Translations under genes and position numbers: made by a program
Source: Acidobacteriota bacterium
Lineage (GTDB): Bacteria > Acidobacteriota > UBA6911 > RPQK01 > JAJDTT01
DNA length: 64,000 bases
Assembly (NCBI GenBank): GCA_965217775.1
Contig: CBDCJH010000002.1
Location: 4,800,001-4,864,000 of the forward strand
Direction: 5' to 3'
Notes under the pieces: generated by a model
What the model was told of the DNA's origin: nothing
The model's input: the letters and a program-made list of their open reading frames with translations, nothing else
The model's database searches: none
Part shown: piece after piece, positions 1 to 10,109 of the stretch
Position numbering within the stretch: the stretch's first letter is position 1
How the letters are laid out: each line of letters starts with the position of its first letter

Positions 1-1
1 T

Positions 2-982
2 TGCACTCCCGTCTGGGTGATGCGTCAGGCGGGCCGCTACCTGCCTGAATATCGGCGGTTGAGGGAACGTTACACGCTCCTGGAGATCTGCAGTAACCCG
101 GAGTTGGCGGCCGAGGTGACCCTGCAGCCGATCCGGCGTTTCGATCTGGACGCGGCCATCATCTTCGCGGATATCCTCCTGCCGCTGAAGGGAATGGGCC
201 TGGATTTCCGGTTCGCCGCGGGAGAGGGTCCCGTCATCTCCGAGCCGGTGCGGAGTCCGGAAGCGGTCCGGGCGCTCGACACCATGGATCCGTGGCAGCA
301 CCTGCCCCACGTCATGGAAGCACTCCGCCTCGTGCGGCGGGAGTTGGACCCTGGACGGGCTCTGATCGGATTCTGCGGGGCGCCTTTCACTCTCGCCAGC
401 TACATGATCCAAGGGGGCCGCTCCAAGAACTTCCAGGAGACCAAGAAGTTCATGTACGCGCATCCGGACGCCTGGAAGGAGCTGATGGGGAAGCTGGTGG
501 AAGTGCAGGCCGCCTATCTGAATGCGCAGATCGACTCGGGAGCCCAGGCGGTCCAGCTCTTCGACAGTTGGGCCGGCTGTCTGGGTCCGGCCGACTACCG
601 GGAATACGTCCTTCCCTTTTCTCGAGCGCTCTTCCAAGGGTTACGGCACCGGCGGGTCCCTCTGATCCACTTCGGCACCGGCACCGGCGCCCTCCTGGAG
701 GACATGAATCAAGCGGGAGGAACGGTGTTGGGTGTCGATTGGCGGGTCGAACTCGGGCAGGTATGGCAACGCCTGGGTTCGGGTCAGGCCATCCAGGGGA
801 ATCTGGACCCCCTCGCCCTGATGGCCCCCAGACCGATCCTGAAGCGGAAGGTGCGGGAGGTGCTGGCCCAGGCCCGGGGACGCCGGGGGCACATCTTCAA
901 CCTGGGCCATGGCGTTTTGCCGCCCACCGATCCGGACGCCGTGGCGGCCATGGTGGACTGGGTCCGGGAGGAATCAAAGTGA
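2..982 (+). CDS. hemE: uroporphyrinogen decarboxylase (5' end lies outside the window)
   Basis: PVWxMRQAGRYLPEYR, GAPFTLASY, QGNLDP and HIFNLGHG motifs; frame is open from the window start. Confidence 0.97.
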   Translation, partial: CTPVWVMRQAGRYLPEYRRLRERYTLLEICSNPELAAEVTLQPIRRFDLDAAIIFADILLPLKGMGLDFRFAAGEGPVISEPVRSPEAVRALDTMDPWQHLPHVMEALRLVRRELDPGRALIGFCGAPFTLASYMIQGGRSKNFQETKKFMYAHPDAWKELMGKLVEVQAAYLNAQIDSGAQAVQLFDSWAGCLGPADYREYVLPFSRALFQGLRHRRVPLIHFGTGTGALLEDMNQAGGTVLGVDWRVELGQVWQRLGSGQAIQGNLDPLALMAPRPILKRKVREVLAQARGRRGHIFNLGHGVLPPTDPDAVAAMVDWVREESK

Positions 983-1014
983 TCGTTTTCGGCGGGGATT
1001 TCATCAAGAAAGGA

Positions 1015-1623
1015 ATGGACGTCCAACCGAGGACCCCGGCCGGCATTCTCCGATTTCGATTCGGGTGCATGATTCTGTTCCTGGTCCTCTTCGGCGGTAT
1101 GGAGCCGGGCGCAGCCGGCCCGGACTGCGAATCGATCCTTCCCGGTCTGAAGGTCCCAGCCAAGCTCAAGACCCGGGGAAAGCCGAAACGTGGACGCTGG
1201 GAGAACGTGGACAAGGTCATCACCCGGGTGCGGGAGGCCGTCCAGGACAAGGACTGTTCGCTGACCCTGGAGCAGTTGTTCCGGGTTCGCCGCCAAGAGA
1301 TCTTCTTTCCCTTGACCAACAACGTGCTCAGAACGATCCCGGAGGAATCCCTGCACGGTGTGTCCGTCTACTCCAACGACGCCGAGCGGCTGGGAGAATT
1401 TTCGAACATCGTGCCGTACCACCGCAGCGGAGGACTCTACGCCGTAAGGGGGTACACGCTGCACTATTTCCAATACCAGGATGCGGAGGGCGGCCTCCAC
1501 TCCAGCGGCACTGATCTACTGTTGGACAACTTTCTGCTAAAGTGGACCGAAATCAAGGATCGCGTCGTGATCTCCACTCCATCCCCGTCCGCAGGGGATC
1601 TCCAGCTTAGACAACGGCAATGA
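1015..1623 (+). CDS. hypothetical protein, probably exported (start uncertain: 979, 1015 or 1069)
   Basis: 3' part of ORF 292..1623; AAGGA before ATG 1015; hydrophobic MILFLVLFGG stretch; ATGA overlap with next gene. Confidence 0.65.
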   Translation: MDVQPRTPAGILRFRFGCMILFLVLFGGMEPGAAGPDCESILPGLKVPAKLKTRGKPKRGRWENVDKVITRVREAVQDKDCSLTLEQLFRVRRQEIFFPLTNNVLRTIPEESLHGVSVYSNDAERLGEFSNIVPYHRSGGLYAVRGYTLHYFQYQDAEGGLHSSGTDLLLDNFLLKWTEIKDRVVISTPSPSAGDLQLRQRQ

Positions 1624-2654
1624 GCAGACCGGTGCATCGATTTCCCGGCGATCAGGCAGGAAGGCTTCTCCTTTTCCTGTTCCTGTTCTGCTCCCAGGGA
1701 TGGGCCTGGACGCTGTTGGGGCAGGAAGCCGAATCCGGCACCACCAGAATCGCCTATGGCCGCGGATACGTGGACGGCCGCCGGTTGGGAGAAAGTGATC
1801 GGGCGGCTCAGCATTACTACGACATGGCCAACAAGCGAGCCTTCCAGCGGTTGGATCCGGGGTTCGATCCGGAGCGAGACGATCCCGACGTTTATCGAAA
1901 CGCCTATCGCCGCGGTTTCGAAGCCGGGTACGACGAGGGGTACTATCCCGACCGGCCGCGCTCCCGCCGGCGTGGCCCGGACTTGGAACCGGATGGCCCC
2001 GAGACCCGATCGCCGGCTGCGGCGGATTCGGAATCCAAACTCCGGGTCCCGGCCGGGACCGAGATTCGCATCCGAATGAAGGAACCGCTCACGACCAGAA
2101 CCCACAAAGTCGGCGATACTTTCTCAGCCCGGGTGATTCAGAGTATCGACGCCGGGAGGGGAAGGGCCATACCCAAGGGTGTCGAGGTGCGCGGCTCCAT
2201 CTCCCAATTGGTGCGGGCCGGCCGTATCCGGGGCCGGGCCCGGATGAACCTGCACTTCAAGGAGTTGCGCTTCAGAGACGGACGAGTGGTTCCCATGGAT
2301 GCCCAGATGGCTTCTGTGGTGGAGCCGCGCAAGAGGAGCGTCCCCGATGAAGAAGGCACGCTGGAGGAGCCTGGGGAAAAGGGCCGCGATGCCGGCAAGG
2401 TGGGGGCCTCATCCGCCATTGGTGCGCTGATCGGCCTGATCGGCGGCGGCAAGGAAGGGGTCGCCGTGGGGGCGGCCGCCGGAGCTGCAGTGGGAGCGGC
2501 CGGGATTCTGGTGACCCGGGGGAGGGACATCGTGATTCCGGTGGGAACTGAAATAGTCATTCGGCTGAGCAGGGATCTCGACATCCCCGCGTCGCGCCGG
2601 CCCCCTCCTCGTCGCCGCGAGGAGCATTTGCCCGCCAGCGACGACGCCCTATAA
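1620..2654 (+). CDS. exported protein with TrbI/VirB10-like beta domain and glycine-zipper hairpin
   Basis: signal-like LLLFLFLFCSQGWA; VPAGTEIRIR..GDTFSARV..IPKG; GAAAGAAVGAAG zipper followed by RGRDIVIPVGT. Confidence 0.7.
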   Translation: MSRPVHRFPGDQAGRLLLFLFLFCSQGWAWTLLGQEAESGTTRIAYGRGYVDGRRLGESDRAAQHYYDMANKRAFQRLDPGFDPERDDPDVYRNAYRRGFEAGYDEGYYPDRPRSRRRGPDLEPDGPETRSPAAADSESKLRVPAGTEIRIRMKEPLTTRTHKVGDTFSARVIQSIDAGRGRAIPKGVEVRGSISQLVRAGRIRGRARMNLHFKELRFRDGRVVPMDAQMASVVEPRKRSVPDEEGTLEEPGEKGRDAGKVGASSAIGALIGLIGGGKEGVAVGAAAGAAVGAAGILVTRGRDIVIPVGTEIVIRLSRDLDIPASRRPPPRRREEHLPASDDAL

Positions 2655-2791
2655 CCCGCATTTCTCACCAGGCCGCTATGCTTATGCTGAAAAAGAATTC
2701 ATTTTTCAGCATTTACCCGGCTATTGCCAAGGTCTCTCAGGGACAGACTGCGCTGGGCGCGATCATCGCGCCCCCTGGTGAGAAATGCGGG
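2655..2791. mobile_element. MITE-like element family A, short copy
   Basis: 18-bp terminal inverted repeat CCCGCATTTCTCACCAGG / CCTGGTGAGAAATGCGGG; second copy at 29478-29717. Confidence 0.85.
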
Positions 2792-2839
2792 TATTAGGCT
2801 GAAGACTCTTCAAATCCCAAGCGCCAAACTCCCAGCAGA

Positions 2840-4735
2840 TCAGGCGACGTATTCGGCCAGGAATTCCTGCAGCGCTTCCAGGTAGGTCTCGATCGTCCGC
2901 GACTTCCTCCAACCGTGCCCTTCACCGGCGAAGCGATGGTAGATATGGGGCACTCCCCGCCCCGCCAGAGCTTCGGCGATCCGGTCCGATTGGCTGGGGG
3001 GCACGACTTCGTCGTCTTCGCCCTGAAAGAGTGCGACCGGATCCCGGATCGACCCGGCCCGCCCCAACGGCGAGCGGTCCCGGTAGACGGACTCGTCCCG
3101 GGGGAGGAGGCCCACCAACGAGTCCAGGTAGTGCGCCTCGAACTTGTGCGTCTCCTGAGCCAGGGCGAGTAGATCGGAGACGCCGTAGAGGCAGACTCCG
3201 GCTCGGAACAGGCCCGGATAGCGGATCAGGCACAACAATACGGTGAGCCCCCCGGCACTGCCTCCCAAGACGACGAGCCGATCCGGGTCGGCCTTCCCGC
3301 TGGAGACCAGGTATTCGGCAGCGGACCGGGCATCCTCGACATCGGCCACTCCCCATCGACCCTTCAAGGCATCCCGATAAACGCGGCCGTAACCGGAGCT
3401 GCCCCGGTAGTTGAGATCCAGAACCGCGAATCCCCGGCTGGTCAGGAAAGGGATTTCGAAACGGTATTCGACCAGGGCCTGGGAGGTGGGACCACCATGG
3501 ACGCGAATGACCGCGGGGGCCGGAGCCGTTCGCCGGTACGCGGGATTTCGAGGACGGTAGAACAAACCTTGACAGTCCGGGGGTTGCGGAAGGTCGACCT
3601 CTGACCCCACGCTCCAGGAAAGGGGACGGGGATGGCCCAGATAGACTGCTTCCGGCGGTTCCGGAGTCACCTTGGACCAGATCGAGACCGCTCCATGAGC
3701 TGAAACCGTGAGGACCCGCGGCGGAAGCAGCGGGGAGGAGCCAACGAGTGCGATCCGCTCACCGTCCGGGGCCGGCGAGAGTTGGCTCAACGCCGAATAG
3801 CGGGAGAGGTTGCCATCAACCGGTTGGGATCGCCTCTCCTCCAGGTCCACCCGCACCAGCGTTGCGCGGCCCCGACTCAGCCGAATCGCGTAGACGGCAT
3901 CGGCCGACGGGGTCCAGGCGTGGGACCTGAGCCCCTGGATCCAAGCCGGACCGGCGTACTCCGCAGTATCCCGGACCAACGCCCGAAGCGATTCCTTCTC
4001 CAGATCGTAGAGCCAGAGATTGAACCAGCCTTCCCGATCGGAGACGAAGCTCAGGTAGCGGCCGTCCGGGGAAAAGGAGGGTTGGAAGACGGCGACGGAG
4101 CCCGCGGGATCGCCGGCCACCAGCGTCGGTTCCGGTCCATCTCCGGCTGCTGCTCCGGAGCCGATCTCGCCCAGGTAGAGGCCGCTCCCGTCCCAAGGCA
4201 TGTTGGGATGATCCCACGCGGTCCACGCGACCCGGCGGCCGTCCGGATGCCAGGCCGGCTGCATGTAGAAGTCGCGGCCGGACGCAAATTGAACGGGCCA
4301 GCCGGAACCGACCGTCCTCGCCAGCCCGAGGCAGTCGATTCCGTCGCTGAAATGGACATAGACCAGCCTGCGCCCGCCCGGAGATACGGACGGCGCCGCC
4401 GCCTGACCCCACGGAGGCGTAACGGGCACCGATTCCCCTCCGTCCAGCCGGTGGCGAAATATCCTCCCCCCGGAGACGAAAAAGACCTGGTGGCCGGACA
4501 CCGAAAAGTCGCCGCCGCCGTATCCCACCCGGGCTCGGACAGAACACTCCAAGGCCAGGTCCCGGGGCGGGGTCCGGAGGGAATCGCGAACCACCAGGAC
4601 GCCTGTCCCGGAACGTTCTTCCCTCCAGACGAGACCTCCGGAGGCGGTCCATTGGACGTCACTCGGCCGGATCCGTGCCGCCCCATGGCTTGGAGCAATA
4701 GGACTCTTCCACAGTTCACCCGGGCCTCGCATCAT
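2840..4735 (-). CDS. S9 family (prolyl oligopeptidase/acylaminoacyl) peptidase
   Basis: beta-propeller repeats (SPDG), VHGGP, NYRGSSGYG, GGSAGG nucleophile, QGEDDEVV, GEGHG. Confidence 0.93.
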   Translation of the reverse strand: MMRGPGELWKSPIAPSHGAARIRPSDVQWTASGGLVWREERSGTGVLVVRDSLRTPPRDLALECSVRARVGYGGGDFSVSGHQVFFVSGGRIFRHRLDGGESVPVTPPWGQAAAPSVSPGGRRLVYVHFSDGIDCLGLARTVGSGWPVQFASGRDFYMQPAWHPDGRRVAWTAWDHPNMPWDGSGLYLGEIGSGAAAGDGPEPTLVAGDPAGSVAVFQPSFSPDGRYLSFVSDREGWFNLWLYDLEKESLRALVRDTAEYAGPAWIQGLRSHAWTPSADAVYAIRLSRGRATLVRVDLEERRSQPVDGNLSRYSALSQLSPAPDGERIALVGSSPLLPPRVLTVSAHGAVSIWSKVTPEPPEAVYLGHPRPLSWSVGSEVDLPQPPDCQGLFYRPRNPAYRRTAPAPAVIRVHGGPTSQALVEYRFEIPFLTSRGFAVLDLNYRGSSGYGRVYRDALKGRWGVADVEDARSAAEYLVSSGKADPDRLVVLGGSAGGLTVLLCLIRYPGLFRAGVCLYGVSDLLALAQETHKFEAHYLDSLVGLLPRDESVYRDRSPLGRAGSIRDPVALFQGEDDEVVPPSQSDRIAEALAGRGVPHIYHRFAGEGHGWRKSRTIETYLEALQEFLAEYVA

Positions 4736-4869
4736 CCGGATTCCAACGTCGAGTCTCGGCGCACCGGCAGAAACCTGCCTCCCCTGCCTTGCCTCTCTTT
4801 ACCCTTTCCTCTTTACTCTTCTTCCCGGGGCCTTGAACTGGGCCCATTGTATGGTGTTTCATATCGGCG

Positions 4870-6054
4870 ATGAAGATTCACGAGTTCCAAGCCAAGAAGA
4901 TTCTGGCACGGTACGGAGTCAGGATTCCAAAGGGAAAGGTCACCCAAAGTCCCGCCGAAGCCTTTGAAATCGCGCGGTCTCTGGGAGGCGTCGTGGCGGT
5001 CAAGGCCCAGGTCCATGCCGGGGGCCGCGGCAAGGGCGGAGGCGTCAAGATCGTCCGCTCTCCGGAAGCGGCCGAGCGACACACTCGAGAAATGCTGGGG
5101 TCCCGGCTCGTGACTCCCCAGACCGGCCCGGAGGGAACCCGGGTGCGTCAGGTCTTGATCGAGGAAGGGCTGGATATCCGGCGGGAGTTCTATCTGGGTA
5201 TGGTCATTGACCGGAGCCGGGAGCGGCCGGTGCTCATGGCCAGCACCGAAGGGGGCATGGAAATCGAGGAGGTGGCCCGGAAGACACCGGAATTGATTCT
5301 GAAGGAGCATGTGGATCCGGCCTTGGGACTCCAGGGCTTCCAGGGAAGGAATCTGGCCTACGGCCTCGGGCTGGAGAAGAAAGCCGTGGGCCGCGCCGCC
5401 GGGTTCATGAAGGCACTCTCCGAAGCCTTTGCCGCGACGGACGCCTCACTGGTGGAGATCAACCCGTTGGTGCTGACCGGTGACGGAGATTTCTATGCTC
5501 TGGACGCCAAAATGAACTTCGACGACAACGCCCTCTACCGGCACCCGGAGCTGAGGGAGCTGCGCGACTATCATGAAGAGGAACCGCTGGAGATCCTGGC
5601 CCACCGTTCCGGCCTGAGCTACATCAAGCTGGATGGAAACGTCGGCTGCATGGTCAACGGCGCCGGATTGGCCATGGCCACCATGGACATCATCAAGTTG
5701 GCCGGCGGCAGCCCCGCCAACTTTCTGGATGTGGGGGGCGGCGCCAGCGTTCAGCAGGTGAAAACGGCGTTCGAGATCCTGATTTCCGACCCCAGCGTCC
5801 GTTCCGTGCTGATCAACATCTTCGGCGGAATCATGCGCTGTGACACCCTGGCCGAGGGAGTGGTCCAGGCTGCGCGCGAGGTGGGTGTCGGCGTTCCGGT
5901 GGTGGTGCGGCTCGAGGGCACCAACGTCGAGCGAGGCAGGGAGATCCTCCGTGACTCGGGTCTGGATTTCGAAGTCGCGTATGGAATGCAGGATGCAGCC
6001 GAGAAGGTCTGTCGCCTGGCCGGCGCGGCTGCCCAAACATCGGAGAATAGTTGA
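4870..6054 (+). CDS. sucC: succinate--CoA ligase subunit beta
   Basis: MKIHEFQAK, KAQVHAGGRGKGGGV, NGAGLAMATMD, PANFLDVGGGA. Confidence 0.98.
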   Translation: MKIHEFQAKKILARYGVRIPKGKVTQSPAEAFEIARSLGGVVAVKAQVHAGGRGKGGGVKIVRSPEAAERHTREMLGSRLVTPQTGPEGTRVRQVLIEEGLDIRREFYLGMVIDRSRERPVLMASTEGGMEIEEVARKTPELILKEHVDPALGLQGFQGRNLAYGLGLEKKAVGRAAGFMKALSEAFAATDASLVEINPLVLTGDGDFYALDAKMNFDDNALYRHPELRELRDYHEEEPLEILAHRSGLSYIKLDGNVGCMVNGAGLAMATMDIIKLAGGSPANFLDVGGGASVQQVKTAFEILISDPSVRSVLINIFGGIMRCDTLAEGVVQAAREVGVGVPVVVRLEGTNVERGREILRDSGLDFEVAYGMQDAAEKVCRLAGAAAQTSENS

Positions 6055-6924
6055 GTGTCAATCTGGGTCGATTCGACAACCCGAGTCGTGGTTCAGGGCA
6101 TCACGGGCCGTGAGGGCAGCTTTCATGCGGCCCAGTGCCGCAGCTACGGCACTCAGGTGGTCGCGGGCGTCACTCCCGGCAAGGGAGGTTCCCGGCACGA
6201 CGGCCTTCCCGTCTACAACACGGTCCGGGAAGCCGTCGCCGAGGAGGGAGCCAACGCCAGCGTGATCTTCGTGCCGCCCCCGTTTGCGGCTGACGCCATT
6301 CTGGAGGCGGCCGACGCCGATCTGGATCTGGTGGTCTGCATCACCGAGGGAATACCGGCACGGGACATGTTGCAGGTCTGCAGTTTCCTCAGGGGAGGGA
6401 AAACGCGCCTCATCGGCCCCAACTGTCCCGGAATCATCTCTCCGGGGCAGTGCAAGATCGGGATCATGCCGGGGCACATCCATCGTCCGGGAAGGGTCGG
6501 ATGTATTTCCCGGAGCGGCACCCTGACCTACGAGGCGGTGGACCAGCTCTCCTCCAGGGGCATCGGACAGAGCACCTGCATCGGAATCGGCGGCGATCCC
6601 CTCATCGGGACCGGATTCATCGATGTCCTGGAGGCTTTCGCCAAGGACCCGGATACGGACGCGGTGGTCCTGATCGGGGAAATCGGCGGTAGCGCGGAAG
6701 AGGAGGCGGCGGAGTACATCAGGGATCACTTCCGGAAACCGGTGGTCGGATTCATCGCCGGGCAGACGGCGCCACCCGGCCGCCGCATGGGCCACGCCGG
6801 CGCCATCATCTCCCAGGGCAAGGGGACGGCGGCGGAAAAGATGGAGACGATGCGGCGGTGCGGCGTTCGGGTGTTGGAGAGTCCGGCCCAGATCGGCGCT
6901 GCCATGGAGGAAGCCCTGGGATGA
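6055..6924 (+). CDS. sucD: succinate--CoA ligase subunit alpha
   Basis: [28 protein letters not shown] phospho-His motif. Confidence 0.98.
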   Translation: MSIWVDSTTRVVVQGITGREGSFHAAQCRSYGTQVVAGVTPGKGGSRHDGLPVYNTVREAVAEEGANASVIFVPPPFAADAILEAADADLDLVVCITEGIPARDMLQVCSFLRGGKTRLIGPNCPGIISPGQCKIGIMPGHIHRPGRVGCISRSGTLTYEAVDQLSSRGIGQSTCIGIGGDPLIGTGFIDVLEAFAKDPDTDAVVLIGEIGGSAEEEAAEYIRDHFRKPVVGFIAGQTAPPGRRMGHAGAIISQGKGTAAEKMETMRRCGVRVLESPAQIGAAMEEALG

Positions 6925-7340
6925 GCCAGTCCACCTTGGGCATCGTCAAGCCGGACGCGGTAAAGGCCGGGTCCCTGGGCGCCATTCTGAAGCGGCTCGA
7001 AGCCGGTGGTCTGACGGTGGTCGGTTTGAAGATGATCCACCTGACCCGGGAGCTGGCGCAGGGTTTCTATCGGGTGCACCGAAACCGGCCTTTCTTCGAC
7101 AGCTTGACGGCCTTCATGTCGGAGGGTCCCTGCGTGGTCATGGTTCTCCAGGGAGAAAACGCCATCGATCGTTGGCGAGCCCTGTTGGGCGCCACCGACC
7201 CGGCCCGAGCCGGTGAGGGCACGATCCGCAAGGACTTCGGCCAGAACATCGAACGCAACGCCGCCCACGGCTCCGACAGCCCCGAATCGGCAGACTTCGA
7301 GATCGCCTACTTCTTCAACGCGTTGGAACTCACCGGCTAG
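6921..7340 (+). CDS. ndk: nucleoside diphosphate kinase
   Basis: [26 protein letters not shown]; ATG 6921 overlaps the sucD stop. Confidence 0.97.
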   Translation: MSQSTLGIVKPDAVKAGSLGAILKRLEAGGLTVVGLKMIHLTRELAQGFYRVHRNRPFFDSLTAFMSEGPCVVMVLQGENAIDRWRALLGATDPARAGEGTIRKDFGQNIERNAAHGSDSPESADFEIAYFFNALELTG

Positions 7341-7498
7341 GAGTCTGCGCCGTAGGAATGATCGTAGCGAAAAAGTGGGGAATCGAGGCCAGATTTTCTC
7401 GATTTGGAGGTGCATAGTCGTTCTATTCGCCGAGAAATCGAGGAAATATGGACCGATTCACCGCTTTCGCAGTAGATCAATTTCTACGGCGCAGACTC
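7341..7498. mobile_element. MITE-like element family B (long imperfect palindrome)
   Basis: GAGTCTGCGCCGTAG..CTACGGCGCAGACTC terminal inverted repeat, CTAG on both sides (7337-7340, 7499-7502). Confidence 0.8.
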
Positions 7499-7509
7499 CT
7501 AGGACCCCC

Positions 7510-7731
7510 ATGTTTCAAGACCTGGGAAAAGTCCTGATCTTCCTGGGCTTGGCCCTGGCGGCGGTGGGCTTGTTGCTGACCTGGTTTCCATCGCTGCGGC
7601 TGGGACGACTTCCCGGGGACCTTTTCGTTCGACGCGAAAACTGGAGCCTGCACTTTCCCCTGGTCACCTGCTTGCTGGCGAGCGTCGTCCTGACTCTGGT
7701 CTTCTGGCTGATCCAGTGGCTCCGCCGTTAA
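7510..7731 (+). CDS. DUF2905-like small membrane protein
   Basis: LGRLPGDL..FPLVTCLLASVVLT signature, two TM segments, AGGA RBS. Confidence 0.9.
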   Translation: MFQDLGKVLIFLGLALAAVGLLLTWFPSLRLGRLPGDLFVRRENWSLHFPLVTCLLASVVLTLVFWLIQWLRR

Positions 7732-7890
7732 CAGCCCGTGGCAAAAGTCATCACGGCATTCGACCGTCCCTGCATCCCGGCGGACGGCGTTGCGATTCGG
7801 GCACATACTCCCGGTATGCACCCGAATCGCGCCTTGTCCGGCGGGCGCAGGAACGGTCTCGGTGCTCGCGGGACTTTCACCACGGACTGT
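7731..7890. mobile_element. MITE-like element family C, copy 1
   Basis: ACAGCCCGTGGCAAAAGTC / GACTTTCACCACGGACTGT ends; homologous copy at 58431-58592. Confidence 0.85.
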
Positions 7891-7892
7891 TA

Positions 7893-8915
7893 ATGTCCCC
7901 TGATCGGACCATTACCTTCGCCCGGTTCATGGAGCTTTGCCTCTATGATCCGGAAGCAGGCTACTACCGGCGTGGATCCAAGGTCTTCGGTCCCGGCGGA
8001 GACTACTACACCTCTCCCTATACCCACCCCTTGTTCGCCCAGATCCTGGGAGACGCTCTGGCCTGGTATCTGTCCTGTCTGGACGCGGATGGACCTTTGG
8101 ACCTCATCGAGCTGGGGGCCGGTGAGGGAATTTTGGGAAAGGGCGTGCTGGTTCGGCTGGAGAACCGGCATCCCCGGATCTTCGCACGCGTCCGATACCG
8201 GAGCCTGGAGATTGGAGACGACGGCCTGCCGGAGCGAATCCATGGCGTGGTCTTCTCCAACGAACTGTTCGACGCGTTGCCGGTGCACCGGGTGCGGGTC
8301 TCTCAAACGGAATTGAAGGAGATTTTCGTCCGCTTGGGCGAGCCCATTGCCGAGGTGGAGGGAGAACTCTCCGATCCGCGCATCCTGGAGTACATGCGAC
8401 TCGGATTTCCCCGGTGGCGGGAGGGAGACGTCTACGAGGCGAATCTCCGGATGGTGGAAATCCTGGAAGACCTGGACTGCCGCTTGCAACGGGGTTTCGT
8501 CCTGACCCTGGATTACGGATTCGAGGCCCCGGAGTACGAGGCCATGGCCCGGAGGGACGGAACGCTGCTCTGCTACCATCGCCACCGGGTTCATTCCGAC
8601 CCCTACGTCAATCTGGGCCGTCAGGACCTGACCTCCCACGTCAATTTTCGAGTCTTTCGCGAGACGGCCCGGCGGCTGGGTTGGACCAATCGTCCGCTCC
8701 GAAACCAGCGCCAGTTTCTGATGAAATGGGGCTTGGAGGCCCGGTTGCTGGAAGAGGAGAGGATGGGCCTCCTGCAGGCGGAAAGATTGGAGGATCGGCT
8801 CGGAATCAAGGCCCTCGTCGCTCCCGGGGGAATCTCCGATACGCTCAAGGTGCAGGTGCAGGTGGTCCGCCTCTCGACGGACGGAGGGTTCAACTTTGGA
8901 CCAAGCGGGATCTGA
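7893..8915 (+). CDS. SAM-dependent methyltransferase, MidA/NDUFAF7 family
   Basis: FARFMELCLYDPEAGYY, GDYYTSP, ELGAGEG, SNELFDALP, QDLTSHVNF. Confidence 0.93.
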   Translation: MSPDRTITFARFMELCLYDPEAGYYRRGSKVFGPGGDYYTSPYTHPLFAQILGDALAWYLSCLDADGPLDLIELGAGEGILGKGVLVRLENRHPRIFARVRYRSLEIGDDGLPERIHGVVFSNELFDALPVHRVRVSQTELKEIFVRLGEPIAEVEGELSDPRILEYMRLGFPRWREGDVYEANLRMVEILEDLDCRLQRGFVLTLDYGFEAPEYEAMARRDGTLLCYHRHRVHSDPYVNLGRQDLTSHVNFRVFRETARRLGWTNRPLRNQRQFLMKWGLEARLLEEERMGLLQAERLEDRLGIKALVAPGGISDTLKVQVQVVRLSTDGGFNFGPSGI

Positions 8916-8955
8916 TACAATCCGGTTTCCGCGCCGGAGGTTGTCGGGGAGTGGA

Positions 8956-9032
8956 TGGTGGGCGATACTGGATTCGAACCAGTGACCTCCGCCGTGTGAA
9001 GACGGCGCTCTAACCAGCTGAGCTAATCGCCC
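8956..9032 (-). tRNA. tRNA-Val(CAC)
   Basis: GGGCGATTAGCTCAGCTGG..CCGTC-TTCACAC-GGCGG..GGTTCGAATCC..CCCACCA cloverleaf with encoded CCA. Confidence 0.97.
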
Positions 9033-9067
9033 GAAACAGGGAACTCATTCTAGAAAGTCGAGTCGAA

Positions 9068-10063
9068 GTGAGTCAACTACTGGATCTGATCATCATCGGC
9101 GCCGGACCGGCGGGTCTGGCCTGCGCCATCGAGGCCCGGCAACGGGGTCTGGATTTCTGGGTGGTGGAGCGAGGCTGCCTCGTCAACTCCATCTACAGAT
9201 ATCCGGTCAACATGACCTTCTTCACCACGGCCGATCTTCTGGAAATCGGCGACGTGCCCATGATCATCTCCGCCGACAAGCCCAAGCGGATCGACGGTCT
9301 CAAGTACTATCGCCGGGTCGTGGAGCACTATCAGCTTCCCATTCGGGACTACGAGGAGGTCCTCGCGGTCCAGGGAAGCCGGGGGGACTTCGTGGTGAAT
9401 ACACGGGACCGGCTGGGAAACTCGCACGACTATCACACCCGCCGGATCGTGGTGGCCACGGGCTACTACGACAACCCCAACCTGCTGGGAATTCCAGGCG
9501 AGAACCTGCCCAAGGTCAGCCACTACTACACGGACCCCCATCCCTACTACGGCAAGAACGTGGCCGTCATCGGGGGGAACAACTCCGCGGCCGAGGCGGC
9601 CCTGGAGCTGTTCCGAAGCGGATCGAGAGTGACGTTGATTCACCGGGGCGAGCGCGTGGGAAGCAAAATCAAATATTGGGTGCTTCCCGACATCGAGAAT
9701 CGCATCAAGAACGGAGAGATCCCTGCTCTTTTCTCCAGTCGCGTGGTGGAGATCCGGCCGCAGAAGATCGCGGTCGAGACGCCCGGCGGAATCGTGGAAC
9801 TGGCCAACGACTTCGTCCTGGCCATGACCGGCTATCATCCCGACTCCGGTTTTCTCCGGCAGATGGGAATCCGGGTCGAACCGGAGACCCACATTCCCGA
9901 CCACGATCCCGAGACCCTGGAAACCAACGTCGCCGGCATCTATCTGGCCGGCTCCATCTGCGCCGGGAAGATGACGAACCGCATCTTCATCGAGAACGGG
10001 CGCTTCCACGGCGGCCAGATCTTCAGCCACTGGAACGTTTCCGCACCGGCGGCGGTAGATTGA
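9068..10063 (+). CDS. ypdA: YpdA family FAD/NADPH oxidoreductase (putative bacillithiol disulfide reductase)
   Basis: GAGPAGL, LVNSIYRYP.NMTFF, ATGYYDNPN, HYYTDPHPY, IFIENGRFH. Confidence 0.9.
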   Translation: MSQLLDLIIIGAGPAGLACAIEARQRGLDFWVVERGCLVNSIYRYPVNMTFFTTADLLEIGDVPMIISADKPKRIDGLKYYRRVVEHYQLPIRDYEEVLAVQGSRGDFVVNTRDRLGNSHDYHTRRIVVATGYYDNPNLLGIPGENLPKVSHYYTDPHPYYGKNVAVIGGNNSAAEAALELFRSGSRVTLIHRGERVGSKIKYWVLPDIENRIKNGEIPALFSSRVVEIRPQKIAVETPGGIVELANDFVLAMTGYHPDSGFLRQMGIRVEPETHIPDHDPETLETNVAGIYLAGSICAGKMTNRIFIENGRFHGGQIFSHWNVSAPAAVD

Positions 10064-10109
10064 TCGCCGTCCCAAACGGCGGGTCATTGCCAATACCAGA
10101 CGCAAGCCG

